From the NCBI GenBank assembly GCA_035534875.1, contig DATLRB010000060.1, positions 90,241 to 154,240 of the forward strand: DNA of 64,000 nucleotides, written 5' to 3'. Source of the DNA: Candidatus Saccharimonadales bacterium. GTDB lineage: Bacteria; Chloroflexota; Dormibacteria; Aeolococcales; Aeolococcaceae. The notes beneath the pieces are model-generated. The model was not told where the DNA came from. It made no database searches and saw only the letters and a program-made list of their open reading frames with translations. A program made the position numbers and the translations under genes. Numbering within the stretch: the first letter of the stretch is position 1; each line of letters starts with the position of its first letter. Shown one piece after another: positions 35,174 to 44,328 of this stretch.

Positions 35174-36142
35174 TCAGCCCGGCAACTTCGACGATGACTC
35201 GGCGTGGTAGCGAGGCCGTCGCTCTTTGAGCACCCCCTGCGGACGGAACCAGATGAACGCGATCGTCGCCGTTCCCAGGATGATCCAGCCGAAATCCTCG
35301 CTGAGTCCCGGGACCGAAGCGATCTGCGGCAGGAACTGCACTCCCTGCAGGAGGAGCACGGCGATGATCAACGTACCAAGGCTGACACCCCGGTCGCTGC
35401 CCCTGCCACCGACGATGATGCAGCTGAGAAACGCGAGCGTCTCGATGTACGCCCACGCCGAGGGCGACCAGCCCCCGATGAAGCCCGCAAGCAGCGCGCC
35501 GCTCAGGCCGCCGAAGGCACCGCCGACCGCCTGGACAACCAGGCGGAGCCGCACGATGTCCTTGCCGGAGGCCGACGCGGCGACGTCGTCGTCGCGCATC
35601 GCGCGCAGCGTCCGGCCCATCGGGCCGGTGGTGAAGCGGCGCAGAACGACGAAGCCGATCAGGCAGCACACAGCCACCAACGCGACATATGTCCAGCGCG
35701 CGGTCTCCGGGTCGAGGTTGGCAAAGGGATTCGGGATCAGCGCGAGGCCGGCGGTGCCGTTGAACAGGCCGGTGTCAGCACTGACGATCGTCACCACAGT
35801 GAGCGACACCACGAGCATCGCCACTCCCTGGTAGTCCTGGCGGAGCCGTTTGAGCCCGGTGAGCCCGATCAACGTCCCGACCACCGCACCCGCGGCCGCG
35901 CCGACCAGGAGCGGCAGTGGAAAGGGCAGCGTGAATCCGCCGATGTACGTCTGGAATCCCCCGAGGTTCGACGAGGGTCCGAGCGTCACCACTGCGTACG
36001 CGTATGCACCTGCGGCGACGACGACGATGTACGCGAGGTTGGCGATTCCCGCCACGCCGAATTCGAGGTTGAGCCCCCACACCGCGAGGAGGTCGGTGCC
36101 GAGGTAGACGAGCATGACGACGAGGTAGTACTCCCAGGCCAC
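35174..36142 (-). CDS. livM: branched-chain-amino-acid-type ABC transporter permease (LivM-like)
   Basis: 322 aa, multi-TM. BPD_transp_2 composition with the MRAMRDDDVAASASG motif. Confidence 0.85.
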   Translation of the reverse strand: MAWEYYLVVMLVYLGTDLLAVWGLNLEFGVAGIANLAYIVVVAAGAYAYAVVTLGPSSNLGGFQTYIGGFTLPFPLPLLVGAAAGAVVGTLIGLTGLKRLRQDYQGVAMLVVSLTVVTIVSADTGLFNGTAGLALIPNPFANLDPETARWTYVALVAVCCLIGFVVLRRFTTGPMGRTLRAMRDDDVAASASGKDIVRLRLVVQAVGGAFGGLSGALLAGFIGGWSPSAWAYIETLAFLSCIIVGGRGSDRGVSLGTLIIAVLLLQGVQFLPQIASVPGLSEDFGWIILGTATIAFIWFRPQGVLKERRPRYHAESSSKLPG

Positions 36143-36144
36143 CC

Positions 36145-37035
36145 CTATCCCTCCATGAGACGGCGACTCGACCAGGCTGCCCCGAAGAGGCCGCGCGGCC
36201 GGACCAGGAGCACGATGATCAGGATCACGAACGCGACGACGTCCTTGTAGTTCGGGTTGCTCACCGCCGCGGCCACCTCACTGGAGACGCCGATGATGAG
36301 TCCACCCAGCATGGCGCCGTACGGCTGACCGATGCCGCCGAGCACGGCCGCGGCGATCATCGGGATGAGAAACAACGCGCCGAGCGAGAAGTCGAAGCTG
36401 ACCGTGGTGATCGCCAGGGCGACACCTGCCGCACCGCAGAGGCATCCTGATATGAACCAGGCGATGTCGCTGATGCGGCTCGTGGCGATGCCGCAGCTGC
36501 GCGCGAGCGTCCGGTTCGAGGATGTCGCGCGCATCGCCTTGCCGAGGGTCGTCCGTGTGAGCAGCAGATGCAGCGCGAACATCAGCACCGCGGTGAGCAC
36601 GATGATCGCGACCTGCCCGAAGGAAAGCGTCAGATCCGCAAAGTGAAATGTCTGGCCGCTCTGCTCCCCGTAGCTCTGCGATGACGGGCCTGCGATCGCC
36701 ACGATCACGTACTGCAGGATGGTGCCCGCGGACACGGTGACGATGATCATGGCGATCGCCCGGGTGCCCCTGCGCACGAGCGGCGCAAGGAGGATGCGGT
36801 GGTAGATCACCGAGACGACACCCACGGCAACAGCGCTGAGCGCGAGCGCCGCCCATGCGTTGACACCGCGGTTGATCAGGATGAGCCCGATATAGGCGGA
36901 CAGGGTCATCAACGCGCCGTAGGTGATGTTGAGGATGTTGCTGATGCCGAACTGCACCGAAAAGCCGACCGCGCCGAGCGCGATCACCGCACCGGTCGCG
37001 ATGCCGAAGCCGATGGCTTCGATGATCAGCTGCAA
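36145..37035 (-). CDS. livH: branched-chain-amino-acid-type ABC transporter permease (LivH-like)
   Basis: 296 aa, multi-TM. GKAMRATSSNRTLARSCGI is the LivH-type loop. Its stop lies 2 nt before the livM-like start. Confidence 0.85.
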   Translation of the reverse strand: MQLIIEAIGFGIATGAVIALGAVGFSVQFGISNILNITYGALMTLSAYIGLILINRGVNAWAALALSAVAVGVVSVIYHRILLAPLVRRGTRAIAMIIVTVSAGTILQYVIVAIAGPSSQSYGEQSGQTFHFADLTLSFGQVAIIVLTAVLMFALHLLLTRTTLGKAMRATSSNRTLARSCGIATSRISDIAWFISGCLCGAAGVALAITTVSFDFSLGALFLIPMIAAAVLGGIGQPYGAMLGGLIIGVSSEVAAAVSNPNYKDVVAFVILIIVLLVRPRGLFGAAWSSRRLMEG

Positions 37036-37132
37036 CGGTGACCCTCCACTCGACGCGCGGGACGGAGCCGCGCCAGTCTCACCGCCGGTGCAGCTCCGTC
37101 CCGATTGTATGAATGAGGCACTGCCTCAGCCG

Positions 37133-38434
37133 TCACAGCAGGCCGAGGACCTGCGTTCCGGAGATGCTACCGACCCGGCTTGCGCTGCCGTCGGGGTTGA
37201 AGACGTTGGCCGCGAACTGGCCGGCAGAGTTGTGGTACTGATTGAAGACCACAGGGCCAAGAACTCCGACGTACTGGATCTGCTTGCCGGCCTTCAGCGC
37301 TGCCAGGCCGTCCGCGAAGTTGCTCACGACGACGGCTCCGGGCTTCGGAGAGATGACCTTGGTCACAAACTGGTTGTAGTACGAACCAACCGTCGACTTG
37401 GCCATGACCATTGCGAGCGCCAGGATGTTGATCCCGTCGTACTCGGACGCCGGTGGACCGACCGCGCTCAGCACGTCGGCGATCGCGCTCGTCCTCGAGT
37501 CATCCTGGAGCGCGGTCTTGTACGTATTGAACGCCGCGGTCGTCTGGCTGAACGACGAACCGACGAGGTAGACGTCCTGGGTCACGTAGGTGACACCGAC
37601 AACCTTCTTGAGGGCGTCGAAGAAGTCCGGCGTCAGCGAATCGGTCGCGGTCACCATTGGGGGAATCACGCCGTTGTTGAGCTGCTTGTACTCCGACATG
37701 AAGGTCGCCGTGGTCTGTGGGTCGGCCGACCAGATCAGGGCATCCGGGTGGGCGTTGATGACCCGGGCCACCTCGCTCGAGTACGAGGCGGCGTCCGCGG
37801 GAATGGTCAGCTGCAGTCCGAGGCTGCCGCCGAGCTTCGGCATCGCCGAGGTCAGGCCCGGGAGGTTGCCTTCGGACCCGATCCCATTCTGGAAGACGAC
37901 CGCGACGTTCTTGTAGCCCTTCTGCACGGCCCACACGGCAAACGCGGCGCCGTTGGCGTCGTCGGACGGGGTGAGCCGCCAGTAGTAGGGATAGGTGTTT
38001 TTCGTGAAGGCCACGAGCCCGTTGGTCGTGATGATCGGGATCTTGGCGTCATTGACGAGCGGCACCGTGGTCGCCGCCGTGTTGCTCTCCAGGCCGAGTG
38101 CCATGTCCAGGTTCGTGGTGGTCGCGATGGCCCGGGTCACATTGGGGACGGCGTCGGCAGGGTCACCCGTGTCATCGATCGCCGAGCAGCTGATCGTCTT
38201 GCCGAGGATGCCCCCGGCCTTGTTGATCAAGTCCGTGGCGGCGAAGCAGGGCGCCGACAGCAGCTTCCCGAACTGGGCTGCCGGTCCCGTGAAGGGCGCG
38301 ATCACCCCCGCGGTGATGTTGCCCGACTGCGTCGGCGCGGACGACGAGGAGGACGGGCTGCTGCTGCCGCAGGCAGCGACGAGCGCGGTCGCTCCCACCA
38401 GAGCGGACACTCGCCAGGTTCTCTGGGAGCCCAT
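37133..38434 (-). CDS. ABC transporter substrate-binding lipoprotein (Leu/Ile/Val-binding / ligand-binding-receptor family)
   Basis: Lipobox LVAACGSSS is followed by a Ser-rich linker, then a Peripla_BP_6-like sequence (IAPFTGPAAQFG.., ..GYKNVAVVFQN..). Confidence 0.85.
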   Translation of the reverse strand: MGSQRTWRVSALVGATALVAACGSSSPSSSSSAPTQSGNITAGVIAPFTGPAAQFGKLLSAPCFAATDLINKAGGILGKTISCSAIDDTGDPADAVPNVTRAIATTTNLDMALGLESNTAATTVPLVNDAKIPIITTNGLVAFTKNTYPYYWRLTPSDDANGAAFAVWAVQKGYKNVAVVFQNGIGSEGNLPGLTSAMPKLGGSLGLQLTIPADAASYSSEVARVINAHPDALIWSADPQTTATFMSEYKQLNNGVIPPMVTATDSLTPDFFDALKKVVGVTYVTQDVYLVGSSFSQTTAAFNTYKTALQDDSRTSAIADVLSAVGPPASEYDGINILALAMVMAKSTVGSYYNQFVTKVISPKPGAVVVSNFADGLAALKAGKQIQYVGVLGPVVFNQYHNSAGQFAANVFNPDGSASRVGSISGTQVLGLL

Positions 38435-38601
38435 GGGAAAACCTCCTTGTGAAGGTCACGCCTTCGGCGGTGTCACGTCCACGCCGTCCACCCTACCGTG
38501 GTGAGCAGTACCATAATGGACGCGGCAGACAAGTGCAAGGCCCGCCGGCTTGTGCGCGCCTCGATGCGGCAACCTGCCACGGAACGGGCGAAGGAGACGC
38601 G

Positions 38602-40251
38602 ATGATCGACGACGGTTTCCAGATCAAATTTCTCCCCGGGATTCCTCCGCAGGAGGCGGGGTGTCCTCCGCTCTCGCCGCGCACGGAGCGGGTTGACGGC
38701 ATGATCATCGAGTACGACACGGCCGTTCGCATGCGCGACGGCATCGAGATCTATGCCGACGTGTTCCGGCCCGACGGCCCCGAGCTGGTGCCGCCCATCA
38801 TCGGCTGGGGACCGTATGGGAAGCACGGCGCGGTCAAGTACGACATCTTCCCCAAGCACGGGGTCGACCCGGCGTGGACATCGAAATACGCCGGCTTCGA
38901 GGCGCCCGACCCGCTCTACTGGACGCGGCACGGGTTCGCCGTGATCAACGTCGACCCTCGCGGCATGTGGAACTCGCAGGGCGACGCCACCTTCTACTCG
39001 TCGCAGGAGGCGCGGGACGTCTACGACTTCATCGAGTGGGCGGGAACGCAGCCGTGGAGCAACGGCAAAGTCGGCATGTCCGGCGTGTCGTATCTCGCGA
39101 TCACCCAATGGCGGGCGGCCGCCGATCGCCCGCCGCATCTCGCGGCGATCAACCCATGGGAGGGAGTCAGCGATCGCTATCGGGATATGTCGTACCACGG
39201 TGGCATCCCCGAGGACAGCTTCGGTCCGATGTGGCGCGCACGCCGTGTGCCCTACTCCAACGGGATGGTCGAGGACAGCGTCGCGATGCATGCGGACCAC
39301 CCGCTGTTCGATGCGTACTGGGAGAGCAAGACGCCGGACCTGTCGAAGGTCGAGATTCCAGCATTCGTCGTCGCCAGCTGGTCGGACCAGGGCCTGCACA
39401 ACCGCGGCACGATCGAGGGCTTCAAGCACATCAGCTCGAAGGACAAGTGGATGCTCATCCACGGCCGGAAGAAGTGGCAGTTCTACTACCGCCCAGACAA
39501 CGTCGAGCTGCTCCGCCAGTTCTTCGACAAGTACCTGCGCGGTGTCGATGACAGTGGCGTCGATTCGTGGCCTCGCGTGCGCCTGGAGGTGCGCGAGCGG
39601 TTCTACGTCGGCGACTATCGCGACGAGCCCGACTGGCCACTGGCGCAGACCGTGCCGCGCCCGTTGTACCTGGACGCGGGGTCGAAGACCCTGGTCGCGA
39701 CCGCGCCCTCGGAGCAAGGGGCGGTGCGATATGCCGCTGCGAGCGAGCGGGTCGAGTTCATCCATCGCTTCGAGGAACGGACCGATCTCATCGGGCCGAT
39801 GAAGCTGCACCTCTGGGTCGAGGCCGAGGGTTCCGACGACATGGACCTCTTCGTCGCGATCCAGAAGCTCGACGACCAGGGAGAGATCGTGCCCTTCTCG
39901 TTCCTCAATTCGCTCGAGGACGGCCCGGTTGCGCTCGGCTGGCTGCGCGCTTCACACCGGGAACTTGACCCGGAACTCTCGACGGACCTGCAGCCGTGGC
40001 ATCCGCACACACGCGAGGAATTGCTTGAGCCAGGCCAGATCGTCCCCGTCGACATCGAGATCTGGCCGTCCGGGACTCGCTTCGAGGCTGGTGAGCAGCT
40101 GCGCGTGATCATCCAGGGGAGCGACATCTACATGTATCCACCGGGCATCGTGCGCATGGGCCACTCGAAGACGCGCAACGCGGGGACCCACGTGATCCAC
40201 ACGGGCGGTCGTCACGACTCGCACCTCCTGGTGCCGGTCGTCCCCGCCTAG
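38602..40251 (+). CDS. CocE/NonD family hydrolase (S15 X-Pro dipeptidyl-peptidase/esterase fold)
   Basis: ATG 38602 is preceded by AAGGAG. MRDG..IYADVFRP, the nucleophile elbow GMSGVSYLAITQW and the C-terminal PepX_C-like beta domain are present. Confidence 0.85.
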   Translation: MIDDGFQIKFLPGIPPQEAGCPPLSPRTERVDGMIIEYDTAVRMRDGIEIYADVFRPDGPELVPPIIGWGPYGKHGAVKYDIFPKHGVDPAWTSKYAGFEAPDPLYWTRHGFAVINVDPRGMWNSQGDATFYSSQEARDVYDFIEWAGTQPWSNGKVGMSGVSYLAITQWRAAADRPPHLAAINPWEGVSDRYRDMSYHGGIPEDSFGPMWRARRVPYSNGMVEDSVAMHADHPLFDAYWESKTPDLSKVEIPAFVVASWSDQGLHNRGTIEGFKHISSKDKWMLIHGRKKWQFYYRPDNVELLRQFFDKYLRGVDDSGVDSWPRVRLEVRERFYVGDYRDEPDWPLAQTVPRPLYLDAGSKTLVATAPSEQGAVRYAAASERVEFIHRFEERTDLIGPMKLHLWVEAEGSDDMDLFVAIQKLDDQGEIVPFSFLNSLEDGPVALGWLRASHRELDPELSTDLQPWHPHTREELLEPGQIVPVDIEIWPSGTRFEAGEQLRVIIQGSDIYMYPPGIVRMGHSKTRNAGTHVIHTGGRHDSHLLVPVVPA

Positions 40252-40272
40252 CGTCATGTCGCGAGCGGCGGC

Positions 40273-41223
40273 GTGAACGTCCTGCTCCTGCTCGCTCTCC
40301 CCGAGCCGGTACGCGCCGCCTATCTCGAGCGGCTCCGGCGCGCGTTCCCCGGCGTGACGATCAACCTTGCGGAGCATCACGAGAAGGTCGATCCGTACAT
40401 CGCCGACGCCGATGTGCTGATCACGTTTGGCGCCCACATGGACGACCGGGTTCTCGAGCAGGGCGTCAACCTCAGGTGGATACAGGCGCTCGGCACCGGC
40501 GTGGACGGTATCGCCGACCGTGCGGTGCTGCGCGCCGGCGTGCTGGTCACCAACCTCCACGGGCTGCATGGCCCGGCGGTATCCGAGTCCGTCCTCGCCT
40601 CCATGCTCGCGCTGGCTCGCGACCTGCCGCGTTCACTGGCCAACCAGCGGCGGGCACAGTGGCAACGATTCCCGGTGCGGCTGCTCAAGGGCAAGACGGC
40701 CGGCATCCTCGGGGTGGGTGCCATCGCGGCGGACCTGGCGCCGAAATGCGGCGCGCTCGGGATGCGGGTTGTCGGCGTGTCGTCGACGCAACGAACGGTG
40801 CCGGGCTTCGAACGCGTGTGGGGACTCGAGCGCCTCGGGCAGGTGGCCGGTGAGGTGGACTACCTGGTGCTGCTGACTCCATACACGGCTGCGACGCACG
40901 GCATCGTGAACGCCCAGGTGCTCGCCGCGATGCGGCCGTCCAGCTTTCTGATCAACGTCGCGCGAGGCGGTGTCATCGACGAGCCTGCTCTGGTCACCGC
41001 GCTGGAGGAGCATCGCATCGCCGGAGCCGCGCTCGACGTCTTCAACGAGGAGCCACTGCCGCCGGATCACCCGCTCTGGACGCTCGACAATGTCATTCTC
41101 ACGCCACACATCGCGGGATTCCACGCCGGCTACATCGATGACGCACTGCCGATCGTCGAGGAGAACATGCGACGCTTCATCGCGGGGGATATCGGCACCA
41201 TGCTCAACATGGTGAGAACCTGA
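40273..41223 (+). CDS. D-isomer-specific 2-hydroxyacid dehydrogenase family protein
   Basis: GILGVGAIAADLA (GxGxxG), NVARGGVIDE and LDVF..EPLP.DHPLW...NV.LTPHIAG are present. Confidence 0.88.
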   Translation: MNVLLLLALPEPVRAAYLERLRRAFPGVTINLAEHHEKVDPYIADADVLITFGAHMDDRVLEQGVNLRWIQALGTGVDGIADRAVLRAGVLVTNLHGLHGPAVSESVLASMLALARDLPRSLANQRRAQWQRFPVRLLKGKTAGILGVGAIAADLAPKCGALGMRVVGVSSTQRTVPGFERVWGLERLGQVAGEVDYLVLLTPYTAATHGIVNAQVLAAMRPSSFLINVARGGVIDEPALVTALEEHRIAGAALDVFNEEPLPPDHPLWTLDNVILTPHIAGFHAGYIDDALPIVEENMRRFIAGDIGTMLNMVRT

Positions 41224-42443
41224 TGGCCGGCTTCCCCGCGGTGCCGAGGGCGGCAGAGCGTGTCAACACGCCGATCCCGACTCGCGAGCTCCAGCGGCGG
41301 TGGGTCGCGATCCGAGCGGCGATGGACGGCGCCGGCCTCGATGTCCTCCTGGCGCAGGCCAACAACGACTTCATGGGCGGTTACGTCAAATACCTGACCG
41401 ACCTGCCGGCCACAAACGGCTACGTCACGACGGTCATCTTCTTCAAGGACGAGCCGATGACGATCATCGGCCAGGGCGCGTTCGGGATGGACAGCCACCT
41501 GCCTGACGAAGGTGACGGCGTCAGGCGAGGCGTCGCCCGCATCATGGGGACGCCGAGCTACGCGTCCGCGCACTACAGCGCCGCATATGACGCCGAGCTG
41601 GCGGCGCGGGCGCTCGCCAAACACCTAACCGGAACGATCGGCATGCTGGGGACCGCGGCCATCTCCTTTGCGCTCATCGAGGCGCTCCGGACCGGCGCCC
41701 TGCACGGCGCTCATTTCGTCGACGCATCGGACGTCATCGATCCGATCAAGGCGGTGAAGAGCGCCGATGAGATGGAACTGGTGCGCCTGGCCGCAGCCGC
41801 GCAGGACGAGGCGATGCGCGCGGCGCTTGCCGCAGTCAAGCCGGGGATGCGCGAGCTCGAGGTTGCCGCGATCGCGGAACAGGTGGGCCATTCTTTCGGC
41901 AGCGAGCAGGGCCTCTTCCTGGCGTTCGCCGGACCCGCAGGGCAACCCGGACAGATCGTCAATCGCCACCTGCAATACCGGGTCATCCAGCCGGGCGATC
42001 AGTTCAGCCTCCTGATCGAGAACAACGGCCCGGGAGGCATGTACTGCGAGCTGGGCCGCAGCGTCGTGCTCGGCAAGGCGACACCGGAGATGCGCGATCA
42101 GCACGAATTCCTTCTGGAGGCGCAGCGGTTCTGCCTCAACGAGTTGCACGACGGCGCGGACTGCCGTGACATCTGGGACCGCTACAACGCGTTCATGCGC
42201 GAGCATGGGCGGCCGGAAGAAAAGCGCGTGCACTTCCACGGACAGGGATACGACATGGTGGAGCGCCCGCTCATACGTCACGACGAGACGATGGCGATCC
42301 GCAGGAGCATGTATTTCTCGCTGCATCCCGCATTCAGCACTCCCCACGGATACAGCTGGATCTCCGACGACTACTTCCTGGATGGAGATGGGAAGGTGGA
42401 GCGTCTGCACGCGATGCCGCAGGAACTCTTCGAAATCGATTGA
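41223..42443 (+). CDS. M24 family metallopeptidase (Xaa-Pro aminopeptidase/creatinase-like)
   Basis: A creatinase_N-like N-terminus is followed by KSADEMELVRLAAAAQDEA.. and a pita-bread C-domain with HGQGYDMVERP. ATG shares one base with the upstream TGA. Confidence 0.8.
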   Translation: MAGFPAVPRAAERVNTPIPTRELQRRWVAIRAAMDGAGLDVLLAQANNDFMGGYVKYLTDLPATNGYVTTVIFFKDEPMTIIGQGAFGMDSHLPDEGDGVRRGVARIMGTPSYASAHYSAAYDAELAARALAKHLTGTIGMLGTAAISFALIEALRTGALHGAHFVDASDVIDPIKAVKSADEMELVRLAAAAQDEAMRAALAAVKPGMRELEVAAIAEQVGHSFGSEQGLFLAFAGPAGQPGQIVNRHLQYRVIQPGDQFSLLIENNGPGGMYCELGRSVVLGKATPEMRDQHEFLLEAQRFCLNELHDGADCRDIWDRYNAFMREHGRPEEKRVHFHGQGYDMVERPLIRHDETMAIRRSMYFSLHPAFSTPHGYSWISDDYFLDGDGKVERLHAMPQELFEID

Positions 42444-42449
42444 GCGCAC

Positions 42450-43613
42450 ATGCCTGACGCCGTGGTTGTGGCGACCGGACGATCGCCGATCGGCCGCGCC
42501 GGGAAGGGATCCCTCGTCGGATGGCGGCCGGACGATCTCGGCGCACACGTCGTGCTGAAGGTGCTCGAACAGATCCCGCAACTCCCGAGGAGCGACATCG
42601 AAGATCTCATCTGCGGCTGCGGGCGCCCGGGTGGTGAGCAGGGTTTCAACCTCGGCCGCATCGTGGCGATGCTCGCAGGCCTCGATGTGCCGGGGACGAC
42701 CGTCACCCGCTTCTGCGCGAGCTCGCTGCAGACCACACGCATGGCCGCGCATGCCATCAAGGTGGGCGAGGGCGAGATCTTCCTGTCCGTGGGGATCGAG
42801 ATGGTGTCGCGGTTCGTCAACGGCATGCCCGACACGGTCGAGAACCGAAACCCGCGGCTGGGCGCCGGTAATCCGGAGTCACTGCCGGATGTCTACATCG
42901 CCATGGGCCAGACGGCGGAGAACGTCGCACGTCGCGAGGGAATCTCGCGCGATGAGCAGGATCGGTTCGCGCTGCGCAGCCAGGAACGGGCGGTGGCGGC
43001 ACAGGACGGCGGCTTTTTCGAACGCGAGATCATCCCCGTACCGCTCGACGGGGGTGAGGTGATGACCAGGGACGACGGTCCGCGCCGCGGGACGAGCATG
43101 GACAAGCTGGCGGCGCTGGCCCCCGTGTTTCGCGAGGACGGCACGGTCACCGCCGGAAACTCGTGTCCACTCAACGACGGGGCCGCCGCGGTTGTCGTGA
43201 TGAGCGACTCTCGTGCGCGCGACCTCGGCATCACCCCACTCGCGCGCATCGTCAGCACCGGGCTCGGATCGCTGGATCCCGAATACATGGGACTCGGGCC
43301 GATCAGCGCGAGCAGGCAGGCACTCGCCCGTGCCGGGATGACCATCGATGACATCGATGTCGTCGAGCTCAACGAGGCATTCGCGGCCCAGGTCATCCCT
43401 GCCGCCCGAGGCATCGGGATCGACCCGTGGGACGACCGGTTCAACCCGCACGGCGGGGCGATCGCGCTCGGGCATCCGTTCGGCATGACCGGGGCCCGCA
43501 TCCTCACCACGCTGCTCAACGACCTGCGCAGCGTCGACAGGTCGATCGGCCTCGAGACCATGTGCGTCGGTGGCGGCATGGGAATGGCCATGGTCGTCGA
43601 GCGTCTGAGCTAA
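42450..43613 (+). CDS. acetyl-CoA C-acyltransferase (thiolase)
   Basis: RFCASSLQ (active-site Cys), NEAFAAQ, the GGAIALGHPFGMTGAR-type motif and CVGGGMG are present. Confidence 0.92.
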   Translation: MPDAVVVATGRSPIGRAGKGSLVGWRPDDLGAHVVLKVLEQIPQLPRSDIEDLICGCGRPGGEQGFNLGRIVAMLAGLDVPGTTVTRFCASSLQTTRMAAHAIKVGEGEIFLSVGIEMVSRFVNGMPDTVENRNPRLGAGNPESLPDVYIAMGQTAENVARREGISRDEQDRFALRSQERAVAAQDGGFFEREIIPVPLDGGEVMTRDDGPRRGTSMDKLAALAPVFREDGTVTAGNSCPLNDGAAAVVVMSDSRARDLGITPLARIVSTGLGSLDPEYMGLGPISASRQALARAGMTIDDIDVVELNEAFAAQVIPAARGIGIDPWDDRFNPHGGAIALGHPFGMTGARILTTLLNDLRSVDRSIGLETMCVGGGMGMAMVVERLS

Positions 43614-43653
43614 GGTCGTCTCACACGGCGACACGCTGCCAGGAGCGCAGTCC

Positions 43654-44097
43654 ATGGGTACCAGGATCCGCGTGGCCACGATCGTCGAGGCATCACCCGA
43701 GGCAACATGGTCGGCGATCGAGAACGTCGAGACGCATTCCGCGTGGATGGCCGATGCGGAGTCGATCATCTTCAAGACGTCGCAACGCAGCGGTGAGGGC
43801 ACGGTGTTCGACTGCGTGACCAGGGTCGGCCCGATCCGTCTCGTCGACACGATGTCAATCACAAGGTGGGTTCCGGGTGCGGCGATGGGTGTCGACCATC
43901 GCGGCGTGGTGCGCGGTTCCGGGGTCTTCACCCTGCGCGCGATGGGCACCCGGCGCACGCTCTTCTCCTGGGAAGAAGCGCTCAAATTTCCGTGGTGGTT
44001 GGGTGGTTCCGTCGGTGAGATCATCGCCCGGCCACTGCTCACCCGGATCTGGCGCGGCAACCTCGTCCGGCTCAAGCGCATCGTCGAGCGTCATTGA
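43654..44097 (+). CDS. SRPBCC (polyketide cyclase/dehydrase-like) family protein
   Basis: 147 aa. The N-terminus ..IRVATIVEASPEATWSAIENVETHSAWM.. is typical of SRPBCC/START-like proteins. Confidence 0.7.
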   Translation: MGTRIRVATIVEASPEATWSAIENVETHSAWMADAESIIFKTSQRSGEGTVFDCVTRVGPIRLVDTMSITRWVPGAAMGVDHRGVVRGSGVFTLRAMGTRRTLFSWEEALKFPWWLGGSVGEIIARPLLTRIWRGNLVRLKRIVERH

Positions 44098-44101
44098 CGT
44101 C

Positions 44102-44124
44102 ATGCGCGAGAGCGTGTCGCGCAT
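44102..44124 (+). terminator. hairpin immediately after the SRPBCC gene (possible terminator, no U-tract)
   Basis: ATGCGCGA-GAGCGTG-TCGCGCAT has 8-bp arms. It lies 5 nt after the stop and is followed by CTCGCC, so its function is uncertain. Confidence 0.3.
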
Positions 44125-44328
44125 CTCGCCGCGAACCGCGCCGCGGAACGGCCGGCCGGTGACTCCTCCGAGTGCTGCCATGGCCTTCGCCGCGACGCAA
44201 CCCGCCACAGTTCTCTTTCGACGCCGTCACAAAGATCCAACATCGGGCCTGTACACTGCGGCGAGACCGCTGCGCTCCGTCGACCGCGACCGCGCAGCGC
44301 AGACCAGCGTCCAGAGGGGGGGCCAGGC

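Noticed and set aside
34395-35669. N-terminal extensions of track ORFs (34395..35669, 11127..12218, 9322..10428, 17309..18601, 21977..23143, 22983..23750, 29144..30274, 38449..40251, 50428..51588, 52509..53132, 60130..60744)
   Set aside because: The extensions run through neighbouring CDSs or promoter/operator DNA and are Arg/Pro-rich. Internal ATG/GTG codons with RBS-like sequences give proteins that start where the family homology starts.
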